Shown: piece after piece, positions 12,615 to 24,745 of the stretch
Position numbering within the stretch: position 1 is the first letter of the stretch
Layout of the letters: each line of letters opens with the position of its first letter
Translations under genes and position numbers: made by a program
Assembly: GCA_045837725.1 (NCBI GenBank)
Contig: JBEWZL010000184.1
Coordinates: 248,001-312,000, forward strand
Reading direction: 5' to 3'
DNA from: Vermamoeba vermiformis
Lineage: Eukaryota
DNA length: 64,000 nt
The notes under the pieces: model-generated
What the model was told of the DNA's origin: nothing
The model's database searches: none
What the model saw: only the letters and a program-made list of their open reading frames with translations

Positions 12615-13680
12615 ATGGAAAAACCAGTTGACGAAGAAATACCAATTACAACAGTTAAACAACTGATCGCAGCTCCCGACAATTCAAATTGCGCAGATTG
12701 CGGTGCTCCAAGTAAGAGGATAAAGTCTCGTTTTTATTAATAATTAGAATATTACGACTAAACCTAATTTCTCATCTCTCTTAGAGAATTTGCGACTGCT
12801 ATTTTTTTTTTTGTACCATCCGAATACCTAATTAATTCATTCCTCTTTCCTATTGGCATCATAATTGATTTTATAATTATTTCTATTATTTTTACTGACA
12901 ATACCGCAGATCCAAAGTGGCTCAGCGTAAGCTTGGGTGCCGTTATTTGCATTGACTGTTCAGGAACACACAGAAGCTTAACAAATCCTATAAGCAAAGT
13001 CAAATCAACAGAATTAGACCGATTTTACGCATCAGACCTCGTGGTACGCTTTTAATATTTTTTGTACCGGATTTGCTAACGCATCTTGCATAGAAATTAC
13101 GAGAGATGGTTTCAAATATTGAATTCAACAAAATTTGGGAAGCCAATATTCCACCCTACGTGGCTCGGCCACAAGGCACGGACGCAAACCCGTAAGTCCG
13201 TTCCAAATCTGCCCGCTCCGGAACTAACAATTTCGAATTACAGCTTCGAGCGGGAATCTTACATTAGGAATAAATATGAAAAGGGAATGTTCAAAGCCGA
13301 CTATAAAATTAAAGTTCCAAGTAAGTTACCGCGATCCACGTGGACCAAAATTTTTAACTGTCGTTGTAGTTATTAAACAAGGATGGGCAACTAAACAAGG
13401 AGCAGTTGTGAAGAATTGGAAGCGAAGATGGTTCGAATTAAGCAATAACATGCTTAGTTATTACGTCGCGCCACAGGGCAAGAAAAAAGGAGAAATTAAT
13501 ATTCTCGAATGCGAGGTTTCTTTACACGACGGAAGCTACGACGGATATCCGCATATATTCCAAGTAGCTACTCAGCAAAAACGAACGTTTTTTATCTCAG
13601 CTGACAGTGGCTTAGATAAGGTGAACTGGGTTGAAACTTTAAACGCGTGCAAATACCTCGCTCAACAAACACAATTGTAA
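12615..13680 (+). CDS. ArfGAP + PH domain protein
   Basis: ArfGAP Zn finger CADCGAP..W.SVSLGAVICIDCSGTHRSL; PH domain KQGWATKQGAVVKNWKRRWF..WVETL. Confidence 0.92.
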
Positions 13681-13757
13681 TTACTATGTATTATTATTGA
13701 ATAAATCGAGTTATATTACAGAATTTCCGCGTCGAGAAATATCTCCGTGTGACTTAC

Positions 13758-15404
13758 TTAGTAAAACTTGTCGTTCACTGAAGCACGATAAATTGTCAAG
13801 GCGTCGTGGGCCACCAAATAGCAGTTGGTATTAGCGTAAGTAAAGACAGCGACTCCTTCTTGGAGTTCAATCGGATCTTGGCCAGGCACCATCAGTCGTC
13901 CTTTGCCTACAAGAAGTGTCAGATCCAATCAGTTGAGCTCGCTCGAAATAAATTGCTATATGGTGCACATACCTGACAATACGAGTAAGATAGCAGGGCC
14001 GGGAATTTCTTCGAGTTGACGTTGTGTATGTTCGTACATGACAAATTTGGTAATTTCGAACTCGTTCACAGGTGGCGAGTACACGTAGACATTCGCGTCA
14101 GCGTCGTCGCTGTAAATACTCGGCAGACCAGTCTTGAACGTCAACATCTTAGTCAACGTGTCAACGTCCTTAAACTTTGGCGTCAATCCAGCGCGCACAA
14201 CGTTGTCACTCGTCGCCATGCACTCGATGCAATCACCCCTGAAACATCCCTTAGTAATGTTATTATACGCGCTTTTTTACGTACTTTAAGTAGGCGTGCG
14301 GTTCGTTAGCGGCCAAGAAAACTCCTTGGCCAGGTGTCAAAGTGATCAAGTTCAAGAAGTAAATGCAAAACACGCCGACGTCTCCCGGGAACTGGTCGTG
14401 AATCGTCTTCACCATTTGAGACACGCGGTCTGATTTGTCTTGCAATCGCGTGATCAGGTGTTGCAATTGTTCTTTGACGAGAGTGACGTCCGCGTGCATT
14501 AAGGCACTAAATATCTTCGACAAGGTCTCTTTGTCTTCTCCTTTCTCCTGTACCGCCTTTTCAAATTCTCCGCTCAACTCTTGGCCAATTACTGCGCTGA
14601 GCTCAGGGACCTACCGAGCAAGATGTCACAACAGAGCTAGCAATTGACTTTTCTGGTCGTATTACCGTCTTAAGAAACTCAGCTATCTCTCTACAAGGTC
14701 TAAATTCGCATAAAGCGTCCATGTTAGAAAGTGCGCACGCAATCTCCGGCTTGTGATTGTCATCCTGCAGTATTGCGGTTAAAAGATTTTGTTCGCCTTA
14801 AATATTAAACTCGTAATACCTTATAGCATTGAGGATGTTTTTTGAACAGATCTTCAGCAAGAGGTTTATCGGGATGCGCTTGAATCGATAGTGCTTTGTT
14901 GATAGATAAAATCTGAAAGAGATTCGATCAGATCGCGTGTGACACGTGTTTCGATCGACGAAGTATTACCTTAAATAAGAAGGGCAAATTATTGTTCCAT
15001 TGTTTTGCTACTTTCCCGCCCAAAATGTTTGCAGGATCCTTTTGTATGTGGTCGCTTAATAATTCCGTTGAGCCATTTCCTAAAATGATTTTTGAAGGAG
15101 CGGCAACGTGCGTTCCGAACCATATTTCTATTTGATAATTAGAATTAATTAACAATAAACATGAAACGGCAAGACAGATCCAAGATTTTTAGGATGTCGA
15201 AGCGGAAAATATCTTTGCGTTTAAGCATAGACTAGTGCTAGTTTGCAATAATAAAAATTAATAATTCAAATTACCGGCGTAAGGCTTAGTTTCGTCGATA
15301 GGAGTTCCTGTTTGCTTGGAGTAAAACTGCGCGACTTTGCTCGAGGTTCCAACCTTTCCCCAATCATAATGTTGGACTGCTCCTAATATCTTATATGCTC
15401 TCAT
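13758..15404 (-). CDS. MPI: Mannose-6-phosphate isomerase, type I
   Basis: QHYDWGK, EIWFGTH, LPFLFK, LSIQAHP, NHKPE, ANEPHAY and [20 protein letters not shown] motifs. Confidence 0.96.
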
Positions 15405-15549
15405 TGTTGTTGATGCTTCGGTAATGTGGATCTCCGCTTCACGAACGAAATTATGACTGAAAAATTTTTGTGACTCCATTTCAGTCCACAATTGTGCTTG
15501 AAACGACAAGCTCCGCATTTAATCAACATATTTTGAAATAGTAAGGTCT

Positions 15550-16864
15550 ATGAGCTTTCGTCAAATAACCAGCGTTATAGGAAAGACGATGGATCAAGTT
15601 TCAGCAAAACTCGGACTCGCTTCTTGCGTAAAATTAATTCATGGCAATTCAATGCCCATCCTAGGACGTATGTAAACTAGATTATCACGATTATACGTCC
15701 AAAAGTAATTGATCTGTTTGAAATCCAGTCGGCACGTACATGATGAACGAAGGAGAGTGCAAAAAAATTGTAAAAAAAGCCTTGGAACTGGGGATAAGAC
15801 ATATTGGTAATTAGAAGCTCAATTAGACAATTTTCAAAATTTCAATATTTTTTTCAGACACCGCCAAGTTTTACGACAACGAGGTCGAGATTGGTGAGGC
15901 TATTCGAGAAAGCAAAATTCCCCGCAAGGACATTTTTGTAACCTCAAAGCTTTGGATCGACCAGCACGGGTACGTACAGCTAAGAATAAAAAACAATTGC
16001 TATGTTCTAATTATACTTGCAAAGTTACGACAATGCTATCAAGGCTTGCAACAAGAGCTTACAAAGATTGGGCATGGATTACCTCGATTTGTATTTAATT
16101 CACTGGCCTGGAGTTGAAGGGGTTGACAGGTACCTTTCTACCGAATTATCATGTCTTGTAAGAGAACCAAGCTCACTATTCACACATTAGAAACTCAAAA
16201 GACAACTCCAAAATCCGAGCTGAGACATGGCGCGCCCTCGAACAGTTGCACAAAGATGGTATTTGACATGACGATCACGCTCGTGGCACGCACTCGAAAT
16301 TGACGTTCAATATTCAGGAAAATGCAAATCAATTGGTGTTTCAAACTACACTGTAAGGCACTTGGAAGAACTATTGAAGAATTGCAAATACGAGCCTTCA
16401 GTCAATCAAGTCGAATTTCATCCAATGTTGTACCAGAAGGATCTGCTCGAGTTCTGTCGCAAACACGAGATCGTTCTAGAAGGTTACTCGCCGTTCGGCA
16501 AGGGCAAGGTATGTGTTTCTTACGGCCTATATAGTACAATTGCATTAATACTAACATTTAATTAGCTGATCAAGGACCATGGAATCATCGACATTGCCAA
16601 AAAATATAACAAGACTGCTGCTCAGATTTTGATCCGATGGAGCTTGCAACATAATGTTGGTACGTAGAACATATTATAGTCACAGTTTTACGATTGAATG
16701 CTTATTTATATCGTGCAGTTTGTATCCCAAAGAGTGGTGTTGAAGAGCGCGTGTTAGAAAACATCAGCGTATTCGACTTTGAGATTTCAGAAGAGGATAT
16801 GAAAGCACTAGATGCCATGAATAAGAACTGGCATTGCACTTGGAATCCTGAAACTGTCTTGTAA
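15550..16864 (+). CDS. Aldo-keto reductase
   Basis: [43 protein letters not shown] and IPKS motifs across short exons. Confidence 0.95.
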
Positions 16865-16948
16865 AGCACGGTGGCCTGATTAAACGAGATGTTTTTCACC
16901 CTTTTTTTTTTTGCTTATTGTACTTTACTACCGAAAGTTCAACAGCAT

Positions 16949-18932
16949 ATGGTAAGACTAAATACTGTCACTATCATAAGAGCTCTTATTAAGCGTTAAT
17001 TGGTGCCAGGAGCCTAATCCGGAAGCGAGCTTCGATAGTTTACCCAAAGAGATTAAACAACTAATTTTTTCTCACCTCACAGAAATAAAAGATGTGATAA
17101 GGTAATTTTTCTGCCAACAAATACTATTTTTTAATTAATTTCAATTTTTTGTTTAAGAATTCAAGCCACCTCCCACGAATTCCAAACGCTTTTATGGCGG
17201 TCAATTACGTCTGTAGATTTAAAGAACTTGGTCAATTCACAATTTAAAATCGAAGATATTGCTTGGTGGGCACCCGGTGATCTTACCACCGTACTTGCGA
17301 GGCTCGATCCGTCAATAGTCACCGAGTTAAATCTATCAGGTATGAACAATGGATTATATCGCTCCCGATCTTATTTTTAAATAGGTTTTTATCTCAAGAG
17401 CATTACAAGCGGGAATATGTTGCTGCAGCCTTTCACCAAACTGAAGAAGTTGTCATTTGATTACAGCCACGATGTCACCATTGGAGCGCACGATATAATG
17501 AACTTAAAAGACTTGAATGAACTTATAACAACGAGGATTAGAGCTGAGCCCAACTGGTCTTATAACGGCAGTGAAGATGCGGTCCAATTCTTCAAGGATG
17601 TTCCCTCGTACGTTCGGATACGCAATTTTGCCCCAGAACTTCTTGAAAAGGTCGAACGACCAAACTACAATGCTTTAGCCACGGACTACGTGTCATTAAT
17701 CAAAGAAGAGAAGATCCGCTTTCCGAGCGGCAAACAAGCTGTTAGTGGATTGTCCTATATGGATAAGATTATTATAGGATTCGAAGATGGTTCGATATGG
17801 ATCTACAAATACAACAAAGAAGAGAACAGCTTGGTGTACGTGGCAGAGAACACGACGTTACACGGCGGAAGAATTAATCAGATTACGCAACTCAGCGATC
17901 GAATTATTATCGTGTCATCAGTAAGTATAGCCCCATATAACTATTATCTTAATGACTTGTGCAATAGGACGGCAAAGTATCAGTATCAGCTGTGGTTGAT
18001 GCAGGCTTGGTGTGCGTCGATGTTTTTACATTCCCCGAGCCCATCTATATGTGCCTATTTATTGATGTAACACATAACACATTTATGGCTGCCGGCAAGA
18101 ACACAATATATATCACCATTGACGGAAAAACAGTAAAGCAACGACAATTTGACAGCGATATCACTGGCACGTACCCTCATGTTTAGAACTCTTTTAGCCA
18201 AATTACTAATTTCGCGCGAATTAGGAGTGTCGCACACTAACTTCGGCTATGTCATAGCGACAAGGAAAAAGTATTATCGCGGTCCTGGAACGTTGAAGCT
18301 AGACGAAGTCGAGAAACTGGAAGAAGATCCAAATTTAGAAACACCGAATATGAGTGTTAGTCCTGACGGAAGGTAATATCGTAATATTATCATTATTAAC
18401 TCACTTCCATCATGCTAACGTCTGTCTATTAATAGTCTACGAGCTACAGTCACACAAACTGCATTGGGGTTGTACGACATTGAACGACACGCACATATCT
18501 ACTCCATTCCCGGAAAGTTTGCTGAAGGAGCTCATCTGCAAGCATACAACCCCATTGATTATTGGATCACGATGTCAACTGGCCCCTCGATTGCAACTCT
18601 AGTACGAATATTTACGTCGAAATTTCCAGTCTCCGTGTCATATTAATCTTTCTTGGCTCTAGGAACTCCAATCGAAGCAAATGATCATGTACTTTGCGCC
18701 AGAGATATCGGACAAAGATCTGCGAGAAGGAAACTTCCCGACAATACGTGCCTTGTGGTACGAAAGCGCTGGGCTCGGGTTGTTCGCTTTGCTGTCCGAC
18801 AACACCTTACGCATGTGGAAACTTGAATATGGGCCTAAGTCTTACGTCATGGAGCAGCAGGCTGCAGCAGCAAAGACCCAAACCGAGGAAGCTAAACCGA
18901 CCCCAGATCCTGAGCCAGTGCAGCCGATGTGA
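16949..18932 (+). CDS. F-box protein with LRR-like segment and WD40-like beta-propeller
   Basis: ATG-only first exon, then FDSLPKEIKQLIFSHL (F-box); LKKLSF/LNEL LRR-like stretches; IGFEDGSIWIY, HGGRINQI and LSDNTLRMW WD-like motifs. Confidence 0.7.
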
Positions 18933-19177
18933 GTCCGAGACACATTTGTTCACTTGCGTGGGTGCACAATATTTGGTTCATATGACAATTCACCAGTACA
19001 CGAAACGAATCGAAGTTTCACTGAAAAGTTTTGACCGTCAAAACATAAAAAGACCGGTCAAAATTATTATCGAACATTTCTCAGCATTAGTAAAGCCAAC
19101 AAGAAGCACAAGACCAAGCTTCTTTTTGAAATTTTTACCACGCGTTCTCAGATGCCATAATACTTTTATTCTCACCC

Positions 19178-22100
19178 ATGGAAATTCTTAGCCCTGCGAT
19201 GCACGTTCCCTTGATGCAGCCACCGTCCACAGCCGTTAATATTATCACAAATACTGCCGAAGACAAACAATTAATGGCAGAAATAAATAATACTCTCAGA
19301 CAATTAGAAAGGGTAAGAATTCTAATCCACCGAACCAGATTTAGTAATCCATTTCTAACTTCTGATAATAGGGAGACTTGCCATTTTATCGTAAACTCGT
19401 GCATTCTTTGCATATATCACTTGATATAGCAAAATGCTACATAATTCTAGCTCACTGTCCCCTTCTCATCAAACCAGATCATCGCGAGCTTCTCGGTATG
19501 TATACTCCAAAAGCTAAGAAATATTGCAATTATGACTAAATTAATTAGAGTCTATGGTTCAAGGCAATAGAATTTCAAATTAATTAACTCTTATTTTCAG
19601 ATGCGATATTTTCTTTCGATTGGCAGAAACATGACGAGGCGGCTATCCTAGCTTATACTAATTTTTTGGTGCATCTGAACGCTGCTGGAACGACGCATTT
19701 GGTTCGAACATTCGAATCCCTGATCCGAAATTTTAATCTGGTCGATCGAACCAATAATCGACGTAAGTTTTTTTAATAATTATGATCGAAAGTGATCTTG
19801 TATGCTTCATTTAATTATATGAAATCTAACCGTTTGTATTCTTCCCGAATAGATTCCAGAACACAGATCACGCGAGCGTACACACATGAGACGTTAAAAA
19901 AGCTGCTATGGATCATTCCAAGCAGTCCTACTATTTTATGGCCTATTTTAATGGATATGTTCCCTCATCGAGCTTTGGCTTCTGAGATTCAACGCACCTA
20001 CACCGCTAATCTGCTTCATCTGGTGGAGTACTGCCCAGTCCTTAAGGATAGGGTGATCTCCACCATCATTGATAAGCTGATTCAAATAGATGTACGTTAA
20101 TTTCCAAATCGCTAACGCAGCTCTTCGAATCCATGTCATCTGTCGATGCGCAACAGCAGATCTGGCCTCTCGTCAGCCTCGACAACACAAACGCACGGAA
20201 CGATGACTACATAGTACCTTATATAAGGGTGTCATTAGCGCAAATTGAAACATCGTATTTCAATTGACCGTCAGCAGCCCACGATCCCCCTCGCAAACAG
20301 CGAAAGACGACCTCGATCTGCGGGCCAAATACTGACTGACTTTAATGAGTATTCAATGCTCTTATTGTCCCCGAAAAGCGATGGCTACGGTTGTTATTCA
20401 ATGACCTGTAGTACTTCGTTCGAAGTCAGAACGGTTCGTGATCTGGTCGTTGACAGCTGTCATTCGCGCGATGGTGGCGGTTTGAGTGGTGACTTCATTA
20501 TTAGCTGGACGTGTCCCTCGTTATTTGATTTGGCGTGATGACGTGACACTGAGCATTGGGTTTGTTGTACAGTTCGAGTTGTGTGTTGAAGGGAGATGAG
20601 GATCTTTTAGGAGATCTTTGGTGATTTTAATATCGGACAGGTCTCGGTGCAATCGCGGGTGACTCCGCGTTCAACTGCACCTTGAGATCTAAATAGTATT
20701 GTTGTAATTGCTATCCCATTACTGTCTCTTGTAACAGATGTGCAGATCGAGACAATCTGCCTTCTGAATCTCTGTAGATGTCTCGAAAGAGAGTGCCTTG
20801 CCAGCCTCTCAATTAAATTGTCAAAAGAAATGAATTGTGATTTATTGTCACGCACCTGGTTTAGGTGGGTGGCGAGTAATGCGGATTTGCAAATCTCATC
20901 CCGAAAGATTGCTGGTTGTTGTGTTGATGAATCGTATGATTGGACCTCGAGGAGATGCGCGCGATAGCCTACGCATTTTCCTGTAGAGGTCCTAATGTTG
21001 TTTTTCTAGGTTGAAATCAAGCTCGAAGACCTTTTGGCAGATGAAGAAGACGATAAAGAAGACGGCGCAATTTTTGACGTAGAAATCGAACACCGCCAAT
21101 CAGAAGTCGAGGAGATGGCCGAAAAGATGGACCAGATCATGCTGGTAGTCGTTCCTTACATCGAGAGCCAGATAGTAAGTACAACAACGAATCTAATCAA
21201 CGTTGGATCTGTTTGCTAATTATTCTTAATAGAACGATCCTAAGACCCAAGAAGAGATCTTGGCTATTTTGTTACGAGCATTTGACGCGATCATTGTTCG
21301 AACACACCGATCCAAGTTCACTCAGTTCCTCATCTACTTGGCGTGCAGACTCGAAGCCAGCTTTGCTCATCAGTTCTTGAACTACTTGTGCCACAAGCTG
21401 TGCTATGATAATGGACCCATCTACATTCGACAAACTTGCGCTGCGTACCTGGGCAGTTTCATTGGCCGAGCGGCTTTTCTGTCCATCGTCACGGTCAAAG
21501 AAATTATCACATTGCTCGTCACGTGGGGCAACAAGTACTTAGACCTCTATGGCACTGAAATGCCCGACGCAGAAAAGCACGCACTGTTTTACTCGGTCTG
21601 CCAGGCCCTCTTCTACTTGTTCTGTTTCAAGGGTAGACTGCTACTGGAAGCCGGTGCCAAATCATTTTTGAAGCAGTTGCCAATTCAACGCATCATCCAC
21701 TCGAACTTAAACCCGCTAAAGGTAAGTCATTGCAAAAAGTTCAACGTCATGATCCGGATCTAATCAAATTTTTAGATGTGTTTGCCGGCTGTAGTCAGAG
21801 AGTTCAGTAGACTCAGCAAAACATTCCCGCAATGGGACTGCGCATCAGTTATGACCAAGAATAAGACCCTAGTCTTGCCTACTCAAACACAGTTCGGCGG
21901 TGCCAACAAATTGGACTCATTTTTCCCCTTTGATCCGTACCTCTTGCGAAGGTCATCTAAATACTTCAATGACGGATATCAACAATGGACTGGGCCCGAA
22001 GAAGACGACGAAGAATATGAAACTGAAGATGAAGGCAACGGTCACTACCATAACGGGTAAGTCTTTGCAGCATCCGTGATCTGAATCTAGATCAAAGTTT

Positions 22101-22485
22101 AGTACTAAACTAACGCTTGCTATTATTAGACATACTTATAATGACACACCCTCGGGTTATGTTAGTGGCTTCAGCAGTCCTCAACGAGGTTCATTCCTGG
22201 CCAGATCTCCATCACGAGCAATTATCAATAGCGGAAAATCAAGTAGGAATAACAGCTTAAATAACTCACCGCTGGATATGGATATGGCTAGTGACGATAG
22301 CTATAGTAATGGAAGCCCAATTAGAGTAAGTCCAAGTTTCGTACCGTATCTGTTTTCGTTCGTTGAAACTGACTTCGCCTTTTTAGAAACGAAGCTTATC
22401 GATTAGTCCGTCATTTAGAGGCTCGGGAAGTTTTGAACGAGCACAATTTTTGGTCGAAGACATGATTGAAGATGAATATAATTGA
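19178..22485 (+). CDS. RRN3: RNA polymerase I transcription initiation factor RRN3/TIF-IA
   Basis: FPH..YTANLL, LIQID|VEI, EKMDQIM, THRSKFTQFL, AAYLGSFIGRA, FYSVCQALFYLFCFK, LNPLK and LDSFFPFDPYLL are hallmark RRN3 segments. Confidence 0.95.
20092..21009 (+). ncRNA. Putative structured RNA filling a 918-nt RRN3 intron
   Basis: The intron is more than 15 times the typical length here and GC-richer than its neighbours. It has many nested helices with G-U pairs on the + strand and several C-GAAA-G loops. Confidence 0.55.
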
Positions 22486-22871
22486 AAGAAATAAGCCAAG
22501 AATGAACAAAAGTAATTGTAAATTGTGAATATGAAAATAGTTCGTGTAAAACTTGTGAATAGAAAGACAGCGAATGAAATAAAAACTTGTACAATTAGAA
22601 TTTGGTCGTAAGGCCGTTTAGTTCGCCTCGCGTGATCAGCTTCGTACCCGACCGTTACCACTTTTAACTCCGCAACCGAAAGCAAGAAAATTTGAGTCGG
22701 CACATGCACTACTCCTGTTCTAATAGTACACGTGTTCTTTACTTCATACAATAATTATTAGAATTATTTCGATGAACGCCCCATCATCAAACAAAAAAGG
22801 AAACCTGAAATTTTTTTTGTACTCGACCAAAATTCAATCATTTACCTATTCAGCACCACAACCAGCAAGCA

Positions 22872-23075
22872 ATGAACGGTCAATCTACCTCCGGTAACGG
22901 TCTGCAAGCAGTTTTCAACAACGGAACTTTTGGGCTTACCGTGATCGCGGTTCCCACTTTCCCCACCCCCACTCCCACGCAGTCGACTTCCCCTACCACC
23001 CCTGAACCCACCTACGAGCCAACTTACGAGTGTTCATACAACTCAACTGAGAACTGCATGAGCGAATGGGCTTAA
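22872..23075 (+). CDS. Small Pro/Thr-rich hypothetical protein (67 aa)
   Basis: Intronless ATG ORF with many C-ending codons, a C/A-rich leader and a downstream AATAAA near 23200. Confidence 0.45.
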   Translation: MNGQSTSGNGLQAVFNNGTFGLTVIAVPTFPTPTPTQSTSPTTPEPTYEPTYECSYNSTENCMSEWA

Positions 23076-23449
23076 TGGATAAGATTCCAACAGTTCTGTC
23101 GAATCAGGTCTCACCACAGCTCACCGAATTGCTTGCTGATGTTGCAAGCATTGGACAGAATATCTCTGCTTTATCAGACGATTTGTCATAGCAAATTTCA
23201 ATAAAACGAGAGATATCTCATTTTATCTAATTTAACTTTAGATGTTGTAAAATTGTACTTGCTACGGTTGACTGTATTGAAGAAGTTAATGCACATGAAG
23301 CATCGTCGTAACGAATATGTTACGTTCTAACCGTTGCATTCCAAACTTATCGTATGCGCCATTGGTGTTAATGGTTTTTTGGGGTCTAAATTTAACGACA
23401 AAGAACCGAGAAAAAATATCGCATTCTTTTTTGATCTTCTACAAGGCAC

Positions 23450-24697
23450 ATGCAAGCAACACAAAACAAACGAAAAGCAGAAGTCGATAATAACGATCGT
23501 CCGGCTAAAAAGCAGGCAACAGAGATGTCTAGCAAAGCCGATCTACACAATATCTTTCTGCTCGATGAATTAGTCGAGCAGATCGTGTCAAATTTATTAA
23601 CAAAACCCAAGGCGATTTTAAATATTGGAATGGTCTCTAAAAGGTTCGCTGAGATTATTATTTTAATACTTCGAATTTTAATTGATTTATTTTTGTTGGA
23701 TCAGGCATAATCAATTAGTTCACAGCAAGGCAATGTGGAAACGATTTGGGTTCACCGATCATATCAGCAATGCAGATATAATGCCTTCAGTGCACCTCAA
23801 ATTTTTATTGAACAGTTTGAGGATCAACCACATCCGCAAGAAAACTGCTCGAGAGCTCATTTGGTTAGAAAAAGAGGCTAACGATATGTACGGCGAAGGA
23901 GTATATGGGATAGAGGTTATTCAAGACTATCTCAATGCCACATCTGTCAGAGACTTTCTTATGAACAAAACGGTCACTGACGAAGCCTTTGGTGCGCTGT
24001 ATCATATAATGAGCAGGACATCGCTATTAAGACATCAAATTGATATGGACACGTTTGTGGAGCTGATCTTGAGCTCCGAAGAGCAGATTGAGCAAGAAAA
24101 ACTGAAACGTAAGCAACCAAATTGAATATCGTTTATTAAAAGCGCTTATTTTAGGCTTTGCCGTTAATCAGAACTCGCAAGATCAATTTTATCCCTATTC
24201 CTTTTCTGGATCGTACACCAGCGACCTGGATGATGGGGTTGCTTTCTACCGCCCGTTGCTTTACCTCGCAGAAATGACCGATGAAAATAAGCACGCTTGT
24301 GTTCTTAAGAGGTTCATCAGCCCCACTAAATTTGTTATTATGATGCAAGGCGCTAGCAGCAAATATTTCATTAAGGTAAAAATCATCTAAAATTGAAAGA
24401 GTAATTAATTAACTCAGATCTAATATTTTATACTAGCTCGATATGTCTAAGAATATTATAGAATGTTGCGGAGAGCTTCAGACCTATTTAGGCTACACTC
24501 AAAACAGTTTCCCACTTCAAACGCTGTTCCAACAATTCAATCCCAAATTCGCCGAATTATTCGAAGTGCCACTGACGCCTCGGTTAGCAGAGCTTGAGCG
24601 CAGTAAAATGTGTATGTGTCATTTTGACATGTTATCGGTGCTTGGTGGCCTTGAACCGACAAAGAGAAACATTCCATTTCTGAGAAAGAAAATGTAA
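23450..24697 (+). CDS. F-box-like protein, N-terminal paralog of the gene at 701
   Basis: KAILNIGMVSK|HNQLVHSKAMWK matches KAIFNIGMVSK|HNEYVHSLKMWK, with an intron at the same position. Four exons splice in frame. Confidence 0.7.
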
Positions 24698-24745
24698 CGG
24701 AAACAAAACTGGTTTTTTATATACAGGAAATAAAGAGTCTATCTA

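Noticed and set aside
20217-20228. CCTTATATAAGG palindromic TATA-like box inside the RRN3 intron
   Set aside because: It lies within the predicted long-range helix region and has no supporting promoter or terminator elements, so it is not called separately.
20292-20312. GCAAAC..CGAAAG resembling the start of a c-di-GMP-I riboswitch
   Set aside because: The downstream GGGACGCAAAGC half and the P2 pairing are absent.
20245-20967. ORFs within the RRN3 intron (97, 82 and 75 aa)
   Set aside because: Non-ATG starts and no recognisable protein features; more likely a by-product of higher GC.
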